Notes under the pieces: generated by a model
What the model saw: only the letters and a program-made list of their open reading frames with translations
The model's database searches: none
Told to the model about the DNA's origin: nothing
NCBI GenBank assembly: GCA_009923785.1
Contig: RFSV01000003.1
Location: 2,534-66,533 of the forward strand
Source of the DNA: Acidimicrobiia bacterium
Lineage (GTDB): Bacteria; Actinomycetota; Acidimicrobiia; Acidimicrobiales; Ilumatobacteraceae
Direction of reading: 5' to 3'
Length of the DNA: 64,000 nt
Shown here: positions 63,636-64,000 of the stretch, piece after piece
Position numbering within the stretch: position 1 is the first letter of the stretch
How the letters are laid out: each line of letters starts with the position of its first letter
Position numbers and translations under genes: made by a program

Positions 63636-64000
63636 GTGATCAGCGTCGACGAGTTCGCAAACGAGGCGAAGGCCTGGCTCGCCGACAATTCACACCTCGC
63701 CCCGCGCGACTACGGCGCCATCTGCCCACCCGACCTTGTCGATCGAGGACTCGATTGGCAGCGCCATCTCTTCGCATCGGGTTACGCCGGTATCCACTGG
63801 CCGGTCGAGGTGGGTGGCCGCGGACTCACTCCAGCCCATCAGGCGCAGTGGCTCTACGAGTGCGCATTGGCCGGAGTGCCCGGTGTTTTCAACATGGTGG
63901 GTCTGGTGCTCGCCGGTGGTGCCATCCAGAAGTTCGGTTCCGACGAACACAAGTCGATCCATCTCGAGCGGACCCTTCGGGCCGATCACGTGTGGTGTCA
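63636..64000 (+). CDS. Acyl-CoA dehydrogenase, N-terminal fragment (continues past the window end)
   Basis: Manual translation from GTG 63636: (M)ISVDEFANEAKAWLADNSHLAPRDYGAICPPDLVDRGLDWQRHLFASGYAGIHWPVEVGGRGLTPAHQAQWLYECALAGVP...GGAIQKFGSDEHK. This is the typical FadE N-terminal alpha domain. Confidence 0.7.
   Translation, partial: MISVDEFANEAKAWLADNSHLAPRDYGAICPPDLVDRGLDWQRHLFASGYAGIHWPVEVGGRGLTPAHQAQWLYECALAGVPGVFNMVGLVLAGGAIQKFGSDEHKSIHLERTLRADHVWC

Overview
The window is GC-rich chromosomal DNA with the gene content and order of an Actinomycetota core region. Markers are NucS, a Kgd-type fused 2-oxoglutarate dehydrogenase, F420/LLM oxidoreductases, a UvrD2-like helicase and a PIG-L/MshB-like deacetylase. 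Gene order resembles the M. tuberculosis Rv2916c-Rv2927c and Rv2965c-Rv2975 neighbourhoods. Positions 1-17.7 kb are one long minus-strand housekeeping block: ffh, ftsY, smc, mutM, rnc, acpP, plsX, rpmF, DUF177, coaD, rsmD, recG and yloV. rpmB and pckG follow, then metabolic and accessory operons. These include a CoA-transferase/PIG-L/histidine-phosphatase operon, kgd, ettA, cysQ, ubiB, nucS, beta-oxidation or steroid-side-chain-type genes, and a TroA/ZnuA-type metal ABC importer. I found no rRNA, tRNA, CRISPR array, transposase, integrase, prophage or recognisable defence island, and I do not see a clear self-contained novel system. Four things deserve a second look. (1) An NYN-RNase / S1 / histone-H1-like-tail fusion protein is translationally coupled to exonuclease III. 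(2) A cyanophycinase-like (S51) domain is fused to a CysRS-type C-terminal helical domain. (3) An orphan LarE-like sulfur-transferase gene sits in an operon with an F420-type LLM oxidoreductase and a serine hydrolase. (4) A tightly packed six-gene operon combines a hydrolase, CaiB, PIG-L, a histidine phosphatase, a lipoprotein and a membrane protein. All calls come from reading the translated ORFs and the DNA by eye. No database search was run, and start codons in particular are inferences.
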